Source of the DNA: an uncultured Verrucomicrobiae bacterium
GTDB taxonomy: Bacteria > Verrucomicrobiota > Verrucomicrobiia > Chthoniobacterales > JAFAMB01
Assembly: GCA_963837955.1 (NCBI GenBank)
Contig: CAWIPH010000001.1
Span: 320,001 to 384,000 of the forward strand
Direction of reading: 5' to 3'
Length of the DNA stretch: 64,000 nt
Shown here: one piece after another, positions 21,664 to 31,027 of the stretch
How the letters are laid out: each line of letters begins with the position of its first letter
Position numbering within the stretch: the stretch's first letter is position 1
Notes under the pieces: model-generated
Told to the model about the DNA's origin: nothing
Databases searched by the model: none
What the model saw: only the letters and a program-made list of their open reading frames with translations
Made by a program: the position numbers and the translations under genes

Positions 21664-21726
21664 CATAAAGCACCAACGCGGTGATGCCCACTGTGAAAAA
21701 ACCTGCGCAGCCGGGTTGGCGCTGCT
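21664..21726 (-). mobile_element. 63-bp non-autonomous IS110-type mini-element
   Basis: Begins CT|CATAAAG and ends GTGAAAAAACCTGCGCAGCCGGGTTGGCGCTGCT|GAAAGGGCGC, mirroring both ends and the flank of the IS110 at 29134-30888. Confidence 0.75.
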
Positions 21727-21776
21727 GAAAGGGCGCAAGGCTCACCTGGATCACTCCCACACATGATCCTCCGTGT

Positions 21777-22799
21777 TCATTTTTCCAGTCGTTGCTGGAG
21801 AGCGACAATGCGCGTTTCGGTGGAAAGCGCTTTGCTTTCCAAGATGCGGGCATCCGCTTCTCGGCCCGAGCTCCACACTTGAATAGCCGCTATCTTGGCT
21901 TCGGTATCGCGGGACTGGATCCATTCGCGTTCTTCATCGCGAAGGTTTAGTCGCTTGGCCGGCTCGGTTTTGGCGATCAATTCCTTATAGATCTCATTAA
22001 GGCGTTTGTCCGCCTCATCGAAATGTTCTTTGGGCGACTTCTGTGGTCCTTCTTGGCCGATTGATTCTGCATTGGTGACCACCGCCGCGAGCGCAGCTGC
22101 TTCATCCTTCGTGGGCTCGTTGCGTTCTGGCCGGTTGTCGGCGGCACGCAAACGATCGGTGAGCTCGAATTTGCCGGAACGAGTATTGAAGTAGCAATAC
22201 CAGTGGTACGCACTGGCTTCGAGCCATCCGTCCTTGGCGGACCAGACACCACCTGCCACAGCCATGAGCAGTCGCCTAGAGTCTTGACTCCAATCGATGA
22301 AGTCTGCGGAATAGACGCGATGCGCGTCTGCGGTCATTTCCGCGCGCTTGAGTTTCAATTCCTCAGCGAGAAACTCCCATGCTGCTTGGTCAAAGCGACC
22401 TCCTAACGCAGGTTCGAAATGGATCGCACCGTCGCTGGAACGGATGCGGTGGAAGAGAATGGCGGCTCCTTCAAAGTACTCAAAGCCAGTTGAAACGTAC
22501 ACCTTGTCGCGGCTCGGGATAAAGATCCACTCGCTATCCGGTGAGATAAACGGGAGCGGCATGATTTCATCCATCATTGGGCCTACGCCCGAGACCCTAA
22601 CAAGTGCTGGCACAGCGAGATCGGTTGTATCGGACGAATTTTTCGCAGAGATGCTTCGAAGCGGACCAGCAGGCAGTATCCACTCAAGCTTGTACTCACC
22701 GCTGGGCGCAGTGACCAGCGGCACATCCGTCTCCTCGTTCGCTGCCTTGGTGCTCGCCAGCGTGAACACAAATATTGCGACGAAAATCGACCGCTTCAT
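21777..22799 (-). CDS. Secreted protein with C-terminal LprI/DUF1311-like domain
   Basis: Signal peptide; ADKRLNEIYKEL...LRDEEREWIQSRD...TETRIVAL. Confidence 0.75.
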   Translation of the reverse strand: MKRSIFVAIFVFTLASTKAANEETDVPLVTAPSGEYKLEWILPAGPLRSISAKNSSDTTDLAVPALVRVSGVGPMMDEIMPLPFISPDSEWIFIPSRDKVYVSTGFEYFEGAAILFHRIRSSDGAIHFEPALGGRFDQAAWEFLAEELKLKRAEMTADAHRVYSADFIDWSQDSRRLLMAVAGGVWSAKDGWLEASAYHWYCYFNTRSGKFELTDRLRAADNRPERNEPTKDEAAALAAVVTNAESIGQEGPQKSPKEHFDEADKRLNEIYKELIAKTEPAKRLNLRDEEREWIQSRDTEAKIAAIQVWSSGREADARILESKALSTETRIVALQQRLEK

Positions 22800-23494
22800 T
22801 ACTCCTCTTTCTCAGCAGGGGAAAAGCTTGTTTGCGTGACTCTCTGCTGGCTAAACTTTTGCTGGGCGACATCCCATACCGCTACCAATTTTCCTTCCCA
22901 GGTGCTTTGCTGCGGGGAACCTTTCGGATTCGTCGAGCCCTCACATGTGATTTGCAATTGCAGCCCTCTTCCCGTCTTCCACGTCACCTCGGCAACATCA
23001 AATTCGCTTACCTCAGTGTCCACTCGAGCCTGGTCCCCTCCCGTCCGCTTGACCTTCGCAAGTGCGACCGAAAAAATCTTGCCCAGTTGATCGAGCAATC
23101 CTGTCTGGCGAAAAATCTTCCCTCCTTTCATCTCGATTAAGACGAGGTCCTGCGGCCACCACCTCCCACCGATCTCCACTAGCACTGCGGTACTGTCGGG
23201 TGACCAATTTACAGAGAATCCACTGTGACCTTTCCCTTCAAAATACGGTTCATCAGTTTCAAGCATGCCGAGTACACGCGCATTTCTCAGGTTCACAATG
23301 AAGTCTGGGTTATCTTCGAGTAACCGATTCGGAAAAATCACGCCATATTGTCTGTTCGGCGACAGCCCGCTCTTACGCAGCGTGTAGCCGATCTGAAATG
23401 CGTCGGGATAGCCGGGATGCGCCGATGGACCATGAAATTCGACCGAAGAGTCTTCGTCTTCAGTCGCGGTCGCAATGCGAAAGCTTGCGGTCAT
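22799..23494 (-). CDS. Hypothetical protein (probably exported; start uncertain)
   Basis: 231-aa ORF whose stop overlaps the start of the LprI-like gene; SPN/WSPD repeats suggest beta-propeller-like blades. Confidence 0.65.
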   Translation of the reverse strand: MTASFRIATATEDEDSSVEFHGPSAHPGYPDAFQIGYTLRKSGLSPNRQYGVIFPNRLLEDNPDFIVNLRNARVLGMLETDEPYFEGKGHSGFSVNWSPDSTAVLVEIGGRWWPQDLVLIEMKGGKIFRQTGLLDQLGKIFSVALAKVKRTGGDQARVDTEVSEFDVAEVTWKTGRGLQLQITCEGSTNPKGSPQQSTWEGKLVAVWDVAQQKFSQQRVTQTSFSPAEKEE

Positions 23495-23635
23495 TGTCAG
23501 GAGACAAGTGCCGCCGACAAATAAAGTTAAAAGATCCTGCTTCGTTGGCGCAGAATAGAAAAACCATAACTTCGAGTCACGCTTAATGCGACCAGTAGCC
23601 TGATCCTCCAGGCTCAGGAGATCGAGCGACGCAGA

Positions 23636-23710
<75 letters not shown>

Positions 23711-23970
23711 TTCGGAAAGATCTTTCGGTAGATCCAAAATCGTTGCTTTGCAACCGCTTTTACCTAGGAGCTCTACGCGACCATACGTGTCGACTCTTAT
23801 GAAGAGCCTGGGGTGCTGCGGGCGCTCGCCAAGAGATTCTGTCCCCGCGAAGGACGGGGCTTTTGATAGGATGTTTCCCGGGGTTGGAAACCCCGGGACG
23901 CATCGTCACTCGATTCCCTGAGCCTGGAGGATCAGGCTACTGGACGCACCACCCCTTCACCGCATCTCGG

Positions 23971-24444
23971 TTATCGCCCGTGCCCGCTCCATTGCTCCTC
24001 GGCCGGATTCCAGACCGGAATCTGATAATACCAGACCTCATATCCGCCGACGCGTCGGATTTGCCTTACCCCTCCGTAGAGATGAAGTACGTCTTCCTTG
24101 GTTGTGAGACCCTGGTAAAGGCGTTGGAGTCGCGCCTCCTCATACTGTTCTGGGGTGATGGTATAAATATAGACGGGAGCAAATGCCACCCTTCCTCTCA
24201 CGTCGAAAGGGATGGCGATGGCGTCGTCTCCATGCCCGCGATTTTGCATACTTGGTTCTTCCACGGGCGCACCGCCGAGCCCCCAATCCCACCACTTTTT
24301 CGAGTCGACCGAGACCTTGTAGTAACTCCGGTGCGGACCAGCTTGAACCAAGTCCCGATCACCGACTACGCTAGGCACCATTCCGCAAAGGGCTGTGCCA
24401 AGCGATCCCAGAAGAACACAACTGACCAGAATCTCTTTTTTCAT
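23971..24444 (-). CDS. Hypothetical exported protein
   Basis: N-terminal signal peptide; GLTTKEDVLHLYG...EVWYY resembles a BamE/SmpA-like fold (inference). Confidence 0.65.
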   Translation of the reverse strand: MKKEILVSCVLLGSLGTALCGMVPSVVGDRDLVQAGPHRSYYKVSVDSKKWWDWGLGGAPVEEPSMQNRGHGDDAIAIPFDVRGRVAFAPVYIYTITPEQYEEARLQRLYQGLTTKEDVLHLYGGVRQIRRVGGYEVWYYQIPVWNPAEEQWSGHGR

Positions 24445-24665
24445 ACGAATTTCGAAAATGTTCGAACCGCAGAATTTACAGCCAAATCATCCGGGCAGCC
24501 AAGCAAACGTTCGAGCCTACAATCGAAGCAACTCAATGAGCGCGTCGGCTGAGCGAGGAAAGTCGTTTGTCCAATGAAGGCGGGTCGAAGGTCGAAATCG
24601 CGAACATTTCGATCGTCACTGCGGGACCGATTTTCTTCGTCCTTTTGGCTACGCAAGTCGCTGAA

Positions 24666-25748
24666 TCAACTGAATCGGACTTCCCCCCCGGTCAGACTGG
24701 ATTGATAGATCGCATCAAGCATCTCCATGAGCTGCACGGCCTGAACTGAACTGTTGATCGGTGCTTCGATGCCGTGAATTGCCCGGACAAAGTTTTGCAT
24801 TTGCGGGATGAACTCATGTGGAACGGAGGCGTAGTGAAGATCAACCCGCTCCAGCTTTCCATCTCGGTCCTCAAAGAGACTTAGACTCGGTACCTTCTGC
24901 GCCGGGTCTGATTGTTGATCATCCACGATACGGATCGATCCTTTAGGGCCAAAGACTACCGTACTGAAGAGTTCCCGAGATCCAAATCTGTTGAATGGAA
25001 TGTCGTCGGTCAGATTGGCCGCCCAGGAAACTTCGAAAAGCAGCGACCCGCCGTTCTCGAATCGGATCATTCCGTAAGCACTATCTTCGACATCGAAAAT
25101 CGGGACTTTGACCAACTGCGGAAATTTCTGGTAGGTCTGCGCGGAAACTGAACGAGGCTTGGGCGTGCCCATGAGATACCATGCCGCATCGATGGCGTGG
25201 ATGCCGATATCGATGAGCGCGCCGCCGCCTGAACGGGAGCGATCGGTGAACCAGCCATCAATCCCTCCTGGAGTTCCTCGGGAACGTACCCACATCGTTT
25301 TCGCGAAATAGATCTCGCCAAGGCGTCGCTCGCCTACCACCTTTCGGGCCGCCTGATTCGGGCCAGAAAAGCGCATTTGGCGTCCGAAGAAATAGATTAA
25401 TCCGCGCTTGGCCGCTTCAGCGTGCAGGCCTCGCATCTGCTCGGCATTTAGCGTGGGAGGTTTCTCACACAGAACATGTTTCCCGGCTTCCAACGCCTTC
25501 AGGGTGATCGGGTAATGCAACGAGTTGGGCAGACTGACAACAACGGCATGCAGCGCGGGATCCGCCAACATTTCCTGGTAATCCGAAAAGATTTTAGTTG
25601 GCGCATATTTCTGACGAAAATTGTTGCGGCGTTTTTCGTCCAGATCACACGCCGCATACAGTTCTGCAACGCCGCTTCCTTGCACTCCCTCGGCATGACG
25701 TTCGCCAGGCCAGCCGAGGCCGATAATTCCGATATTCAGCTTTTGCAT
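24666..25748 (-). CDS. Gfo/Idh/MocA family oxidoreductase
   Basis: IGIIGLG, GKHVLCEKP, GGGALIDIGIHAID, DVEDSA. Confidence 0.95.
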   Translation of the reverse strand: MQKLNIGIIGLGWPGERHAEGVQGSGVAELYAACDLDEKRRNNFRQKYAPTKIFSDYQEMLADPALHAVVVSLPNSLHYPITLKALEAGKHVLCEKPPTLNAEQMRGLHAEAAKRGLIYFFGRQMRFSGPNQAARKVVGERRLGEIYFAKTMWVRSRGTPGGIDGWFTDRSRSGGGALIDIGIHAIDAAWYLMGTPKPRSVSAQTYQKFPQLVKVPIFDVEDSAYGMIRFENGGSLLFEVSWAANLTDDIPFNRFGSRELFSTVVFGPKGSIRIVDDQQSDPAQKVPSLSLFEDRDGKLERVDLHYASVPHEFIPQMQNFVRAIHGIEAPINSSVQAVQLMEMLDAIYQSSLTGGEVRFS

Positions 25749-25798
25749 GCTAAAAGAGGTTTACCATTGGCGGGCTAAAATGCATCTGGCAAAGCCAG

Positions 25799-25864
25799 GA
25801 ACGCCGGCTTGTCCGACGAAGCATGCCGGAGTTTCAAACGACGGAGCGAAGTCGGAGAGCGCCG
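25799..25864 (-). repeat. 66-bp dispersed repeat, copy 3
   Basis: Reverse complement of 9623-9688. Confidence 0.9.
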
Positions 25865-25948
25865 GGAACGCCGGGAGCGCCGGGAGTGATGGAGTGATGG
25901 AGTAGCGGAACCGAGGGAGCGACCAGTTTTGTTCGGCGGATAGCCGCT

Positions 25949-26267
25949 AGCGCCGAAGGCGTGTCTCAAGATAGCCTAAGGGTGAAGCCCTAGGAAACCG
26001 AGACACCCCCCAAGCGATCAAGCGCTGAAGGTGCGTGTCAGACGTTACCTATGCCGGGCACATCGATCGAACGCCAGCACGGAGCCTGAGGAGAAGTTCC
26101 TCTTCGAACGAATTTTCGGTGGTGAACCAGGGAGATTTCCAAGGATCGAAGCACATGTTCACAACATCATACATCTATGTTCTGTCACGCACCTTCAGAT
26201 GCGTGACCCATAGGGGCTGATTCTGGGCTTCGCCCACTAGGCTATCTTGAAGCACGCCTTCGGCGCT
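25949..26267. repeat. REP doublet / MITE-like inverted repeat
   Basis: AGCGCCGAAGGCGTG..CAAGATAGCCTA...CTGAAGGTGCGTG is inverted at CACGCACCTTCAG...TAGGCTATCTTG..CACGCCTTCGGCGCT. Confidence 0.85.
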
Positions 26268-26395
26268 GAAGACCCGCTCGTCAAAATTTAGTAACCGAAG
26301 TGCGACTGCTTACTGTTCACCGCTCACGAATCACCAATCACAAATCACCAATGACGGCGTTCAGCGCTCGGCGATCCCGGGTTCTCGTTCCTCCG

Positions 26396-27793
26396 TTATT
26401 CCGAACTCGGCGAGGGTTGCACCGTCGGGCTTGGCTCGGCCAAGTCAGGTTCTTTTTCTGAGTTCGAGAGAGAATCGCCTAAGTAGTATAGCGGTAACGC
26501 GGCGAGCTGACCTAGGATGTCCCCGAAATCTTTGTTCCCTCGTACGATGCTGATGAAACCGCTGTCGGTTCGGCTCAACACCGAATAGCTTTCATAATCT
26601 CGCATGAACCCAGCCAGCGACTTCAGGCCGGCAGCGGAAACAGTAGAGACGTTGCCGAGCTGTTTCTCTTGCAGAGCATAATAAGTGTTTTGGAATTGCT
26701 TACTAACGTATTGCACGGAGTTTCCGTGGTCCGGCAGCCCCTTCGAAATCGTGCTGAAGTCAGTTCGAGTCTTCAGTCCCGGAATCTTTCCGCTCTTGGT
26801 ATCTTTCAGCGCACGCACCAATTTGTCGTTCGACGCGATGACCAAATAATCGTCAAACCGCGCCAGGACGGGATGGAGGTATGGTACGGAATCCGCCATC
26901 TTGATAATCCGAAGCCGAAAATTTGGTTCATCCACCTTTTCCACGTCTTGGCTGAGCATGGCGAGCGCTTCCATCATGTTGAAAAGTTTTTCGTCTCGAA
27001 CTTTCCAAAGAATCGCTGCGGCCGGTTCGGCGATTTCCTGTTCGCCGCCCGCCGCCGGTATTTTCACTTTCGAAGCCGGATCGAGAGTCACGATATAGCC
27101 AGCTTGATCACCCAATGAGGCCAGGATTTCGGAGAGGTCCATTCCGGTCATACCAGCGACTTGCTTGGGAAAATCCTGCGCGAATTGAACTGCATCCGGA
27201 ATGTTGGAAGCAGCCAGATCCTTTGCTAAGGAGCTCCAGAGCGCCGAGAGATCGATATCGAAAAAAGCGAACGCCTCGGTATTAGCCGGCACGAAGTCGA
27301 CCGCGTCGAACGAATGCGGTTGCTTACAAAATGTCGACCAAAGAAATCCGGTCGGCTCCGGGGCAAAACCAACTGATTTTGTTAGGTAGGAGCTCGGTGA
27401 TTCTTGCTTGGAACTACCCCCCATTGCCTGCAATCCTGTAACCCCGCTCGAGTTTATTAACTGCAGGGCGAGGTCAAACTGCTGCTTTGCTTTGGCCGAC
27501 TGCTCAGGCGTTAGTTTCCCGGAAAGCACGGTGGCATCACGGGCAGCGGTGATGCCTTTGGCGATCTGTGCTAAGATCTTGTCGGTCTCGCAATAGTAGT
27601 AGAGTCCTCCTTCTGCGTCTAATTGCGAGGTGACAGTCGCGTAAGGCGTTTTGGCTGCGGGAGTGGAAACGGCGGCAGGCGCCGGGATTGGGGTCGGGCT
27701 ACCCTCCGCTTTGTTCGAAACGGCCGGCTGGTTGTTACAGCCGCTGACGAGAAAGGCGAGGAACAAAACGGTCGGGAGGCTGCGCTTGATCAT
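26396..27793 (-). CDS. Hypothetical lipoprotein
   Basis: Lipobox LVSG-C, Pro-rich linker, 465-aa ORF. Confidence 0.8.
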   Translation of the reverse strand: MIKRSLPTVLFLAFLVSGCNNQPAVSNKAEGSPTPIPAPAAVSTPAAKTPYATVTSQLDAEGGLYYYCETDKILAQIAKGITAARDATVLSGKLTPEQSAKAKQQFDLALQLINSSGVTGLQAMGGSSKQESPSSYLTKSVGFAPEPTGFLWSTFCKQPHSFDAVDFVPANTEAFAFFDIDLSALWSSLAKDLAASNIPDAVQFAQDFPKQVAGMTGMDLSEILASLGDQAGYIVTLDPASKVKIPAAGGEQEIAEPAAAILWKVRDEKLFNMMEALAMLSQDVEKVDEPNFRLRIIKMADSVPYLHPVLARFDDYLVIASNDKLVRALKDTKSGKIPGLKTRTDFSTISKGLPDHGNSVQYVSKQFQNTYYALQEKQLGNVSTVSAAGLKSLAGFMRDYESYSVLSRTDSGFISIVRGNKDFGDILGQLAALPLYYLGDSLSNSEKEPDLAEPSPTVQPSPSSE

Positions 27794-27921
27794 AGGTGAG
27801 GGGTCCAGGGAGATTGCCTTGACTGTGCAACGAGTGACGAGACAATTTTGGTCATTTGCAGCAACTTTTCGACGGCGTTGGTTGCGCGGCAGGCGGAATG
27901 ACGCTCAGTCTTAATCAGAAA

Positions 27922-28980
27922 ATGAGTTCTCGATTTTCCATAGAAGAGATAAAACAAGCGGCTCAGTCAGGGACCGTAACGGGTATTGTTCATGCCCAGA
28001 TCGAGACCAACAACGAGCGCCGCACCCGCGAGCTGAAACCATTTCTGGAACTCACCGTTCGGGACCTGACCGGCTTTTTAGTGGTCCGGGTTTGGCAGGA
28101 TCATCCTTATTTTGGCTTTTGTGGCGAGTTGCCGCCGGGTACGTGTGTAGCGCTAGAGGGGGAATTCGTCTTAGGCACGACGTTTGGGTTGGAGCCCAGG
28201 AATTGGTCAATCCGATCTTTGACCTCGGAAGAGAGACTTGCTCTTTTTGCAGGGTCACCGGAATCGCAGGAGCTTCAGCGGCGAGCTTACACGGAAATCG
28301 AAGAGGCGGTCGCCTCCATGGTGGACCCGCGTTTGCGGCGGCTGAGCGAGCTTTTTTTAGAAGAGTTCGGGGATCGGTTCCGAAGAACAGCCGGCGCTCG
28401 CCACGTTCATCACGCGCGTCGCGGGGGCTTGGTAGAGCACGTTTCCCAAATGCTTCGGACCGCGAAAGCATTGGCCTGCGTATACCCTGATCTCAATCGC
28501 GACCTCTTACTCGCTGGCGTACTTTTTCACGACGCCGGTAAAATGTGGGAGAACGCCTTTGCCAAAGACGGCTTTCAAATGCCTTATGATGTGTTGGGCG
28601 AACTGGTCGGTCATATCACAATCGGAGCGGAGGTGGTTAACCGGCTCTGGACCAAACTTCGGCAGGAGCATGTTTACGAATCCTGGAAAGACGCGAAACC
28701 CGAGAGCGAATTGGTCCGATGGCATCTGCTACACTTGGTCGCGGCACACCACGGAGAAAAACAGTTCGGGTCGCCGGTTGAACCAAAGACTCCGGAAGCA
28801 ATCGCGTTGCATCTGATCGACAATTTAGACGCGAAGCTCGAGATTATGGCGGGCGCGTATCGCACTGGGCATCGACTCGGGCCAGAAGTTATCGAGCGAG
28901 TTCGGCCGTTGCCCAGCCACTTGGTAGAGCCGCTTCCGGTCTTTGAGTCGGGAAATCAATCCAAACCCCCGAGGCCTTGA
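27922..28980 (+). CDS. OB-fold + HD-domain protein (YhaM/Cbf1-like 3'-5' exoribonuclease)
   Basis: PFLELTVRDLTG (OB fold), HHARRGGLVEH, LFHDAGK, AHHG..GSPVEPKTPEA..IDNLDAK. Confidence 0.88.
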   Translation: MSSRFSIEEIKQAAQSGTVTGIVHAQIETNNERRTRELKPFLELTVRDLTGFLVVRVWQDHPYFGFCGELPPGTCVALEGEFVLGTTFGLEPRNWSIRSLTSEERLALFAGSPESQELQRRAYTEIEEAVASMVDPRLRRLSELFLEEFGDRFRRTAGARHVHHARRGGLVEHVSQMLRTAKALACVYPDLNRDLLLAGVLFHDAGKMWENAFAKDGFQMPYDVLGELVGHITIGAEVVNRLWTKLRQEHVYESWKDAKPESELVRWHLLHLVAAHHGEKQFGSPVEPKTPEAIALHLIDNLDAKLEIMAGAYRTGHRLGPEVIERVRPLPSHLVEPLPVFESGNQSKPPRP

Positions 28981-29183
28981 GGCTCGTGGCGAGGTAGGGT
29001 GTGTCGCGCCCGACTCCGCGCGCGTGTCTCTTTGCCGGGGAGGGCGCACGTCCTCGTGCGCCGCGGATCGCGAGGACGCGATCCCTCCCGCCCGGGGTTT
29101 TAACCCCGGGAAACGTCCCAAACGTTCCGCCCTCATAAGGAACATGGTGGAGTTTAGCGTGGAGTTCACAGCGGAGATCGGTC

Positions 29184-30593
29184 TCAGGTAGCGATAGGAG
29201 TCAGTTGGTAGCCCATCTGGCGGGCAGCAGAGGAGAGTCGTTTGAGACGTCGGGTCTGATTGGCCTTTTCGTAAGCAGCAAAGATGGTCAGATCAAAGGG
29301 GACTCGATGAACGATGAGGTGCCAGAGGATTCTGGCTAATTGGTGGGCCATGGCGGTGATAGCCTTGGGAGCACCTAGTTTGGCGCGCAAGCGTCGGTAT
29401 TTGTCTCCCAGGTAGCTCTTATCATGGTGCAAGGAAGAGGCAGCCATGCGCAATGCCTGTCGAACCCGATTTTGGCTGCGACGGGTCGCTCGGCGAAGCA
29501 CTTTGCTAGCGCTGGTCTCGTTATCCGGACACAGACAGAGCCAGGAACTAAAGTGGTGTGCGCTCTTGAAAGCACCCAGGTCATTACCTAGCTCGGTCAT
29601 CAGGGTAATACCGGTGAGAACGCTGATGCTTGGGATAGCGGTCAGATCAACGCCAAAGAAGCGAGAGAGTTCTTCTCGCCAAGGCCCCGGGGGTTCATTC
29701 TTGCTGGTTTTCCTGCGCGGTTTGCTGGGCCGGGCAACGGGATGAGAGCCGGCTGCTTGCGTGCTCAAGCGCACGGTCTTGATCGGCTTGGCCAGAGTAG
29801 TACAGGCTTCCAATTGGCGGGTGTATTCCAGCAGCTGTTGATCACATTTTTGGATTTGGTGTTGAGCCTGCTTCCAATTTTCCCAGGCCACTTTTAAAAC
29901 AAAGAGGTGTTCGCTGCGCCAATCGCCCTCCAAGGCTTTGACGATGGTTTGTTGGGAAGCTTTGATTCGGTGATCGCGATGCTTGGCCAATTGGTGTGGG
30001 TCTCGCTCACCCTCTAAAATGGCCTCGATGATCGCCAGCCCCGTCATGCCCGTCAGATCGTCGATGACGTGGTGGAGCTTAATATTCATTTGATCCAAGG
30101 CCGCCTGCATATGCTGGAGATGCTGAGCAGCCTGGGTGAGCAGATTTTGCCGATAGCGGTAAATGCTCCGCGCGGCACAGATGGCTTGATCGGGCCGATA
30201 AGAAGCCCGCAATAGACCCACGCTGTGGAGGTACTGCAACCATTGACAGTCGCCCACGTCACTTTTGCGACCCGGTACATTTTTGACATGCCGGGCGTTG
30301 ACTAAACAGACCTTCAGTCCGGCATCGGCCAGAAGCTGATAGAGTGGAATCCAGTAAACACCGGTCGATTCCATTGCTACGGTACGAATCCCGCAATCTC
30401 GCAGCCACTGGACAATGGCCTTGAGCTCCTGAGTAAATGCACCAAATCTTCTGATTGGCTTCTCGCTACGATCAGGCGCTACAGCAACCCAGATTTCATT
30501 GGCTCCTACATCAATGCCAGCCGCATCGGGCTCTGGCTCGTGTAACGGTTTTGGCGCTTCGGACTTGGTTTTTGTCTTCTCGTGTTGTTTCAT
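29184..30593 (-). CDS. IS110-family DEDD transposase/recombinase
   Basis: AAGIDVG, VAMESTGVYW, GRKSDVGDCQWL; C-terminal Tnp20 domain with LCPDNETSA and AITAMAHQLARI. Confidence 0.95.
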   Translation of the reverse strand: MKQHEKTKTKSEAPKPLHEPEPDAAGIDVGANEIWVAVAPDRSEKPIRRFGAFTQELKAIVQWLRDCGIRTVAMESTGVYWIPLYQLLADAGLKVCLVNARHVKNVPGRKSDVGDCQWLQYLHSVGLLRASYRPDQAICAARSIYRYRQNLLTQAAQHLQHMQAALDQMNIKLHHVIDDLTGMTGLAIIEAILEGERDPHQLAKHRDHRIKASQQTIVKALEGDWRSEHLFVLKVAWENWKQAQHQIQKCDQQLLEYTRQLEACTTLAKPIKTVRLSTQAAGSHPVARPSKPRRKTSKNEPPGPWREELSRFFGVDLTAIPSISVLTGITLMTELGNDLGAFKSAHHFSSWLCLCPDNETSASKVLRRATRRSQNRVRQALRMAASSLHHDKSYLGDKYRRLRAKLGAPKAITAMAHQLARILWHLIVHRVPFDLTIFAAYEKANQTRRLKRLSSAARQMGYQLTPIAT

Positions 30594-30608
30594 TCTCTCG
30601 TTGATTAG

Positions 30609-30796
30609 CCAACGAAGGAGGCTTGGCTCAGACGGCGAAAGATCGAGACATTCTCATAAACGGGGTCTTGCAAGCACCACAGTGCTTTCCAGCCACCAGT
30701 GAAAAAATCGTAGCGTCTGATTCCATGCTGAAAGGCGGGTTTAGTTACTGCTAAACACCACTGGGCAAGCGGATTACTTGCCAAGCCTCCTCGTTG
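30609..30796 (-). ncRNA. Putative IS110 bridge/seek RNA
   Basis: Closing stem 30609-30627 / 30780-30796, inner stem TCAGACG/CGTCTGA, and two parallel loops carrying CTCATAAA (donor, 30653-30660) and CTGAAAGG (target, 30728-30735). Confidence 0.72.
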
Positions 30797-31027
30797 CATC
30801 CCTCCTCTTAGCGAAGGAAGACTCCACTACGCCACTAAATGAATGTTCCTACGGTGAAAAACACCCGCGCAGCCGGGTTGAAGCTGCTGAAGGGGCGCTA
30901 GATTAGATGCGCCCATCGGATTCACGGCTGCGACATTGGATCCTGGTGCCCCTACAGGGCAGATCGCGTTAATACGATTAATCCCCGGGGTTGCGCAAAG
31001 CCTCCACCCCGGGCTGAGTCCTTGTGT

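Larger units (their letters stand above)
29134..30888 (-). mobile_element. IS110-family insertion sequence, 1755 bp, inserted at a CT core in a REP palindrome
   Basis: Flanks CCGCC-CT and CT-GAAGGGGCG rejoin into the hairpin CGCCCTGAAGGGGCG with no TSD beyond CT. Sub-terminal IR AGGAACAT (29138) / ATGTTCCT (30843). Confidence 0.88.
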
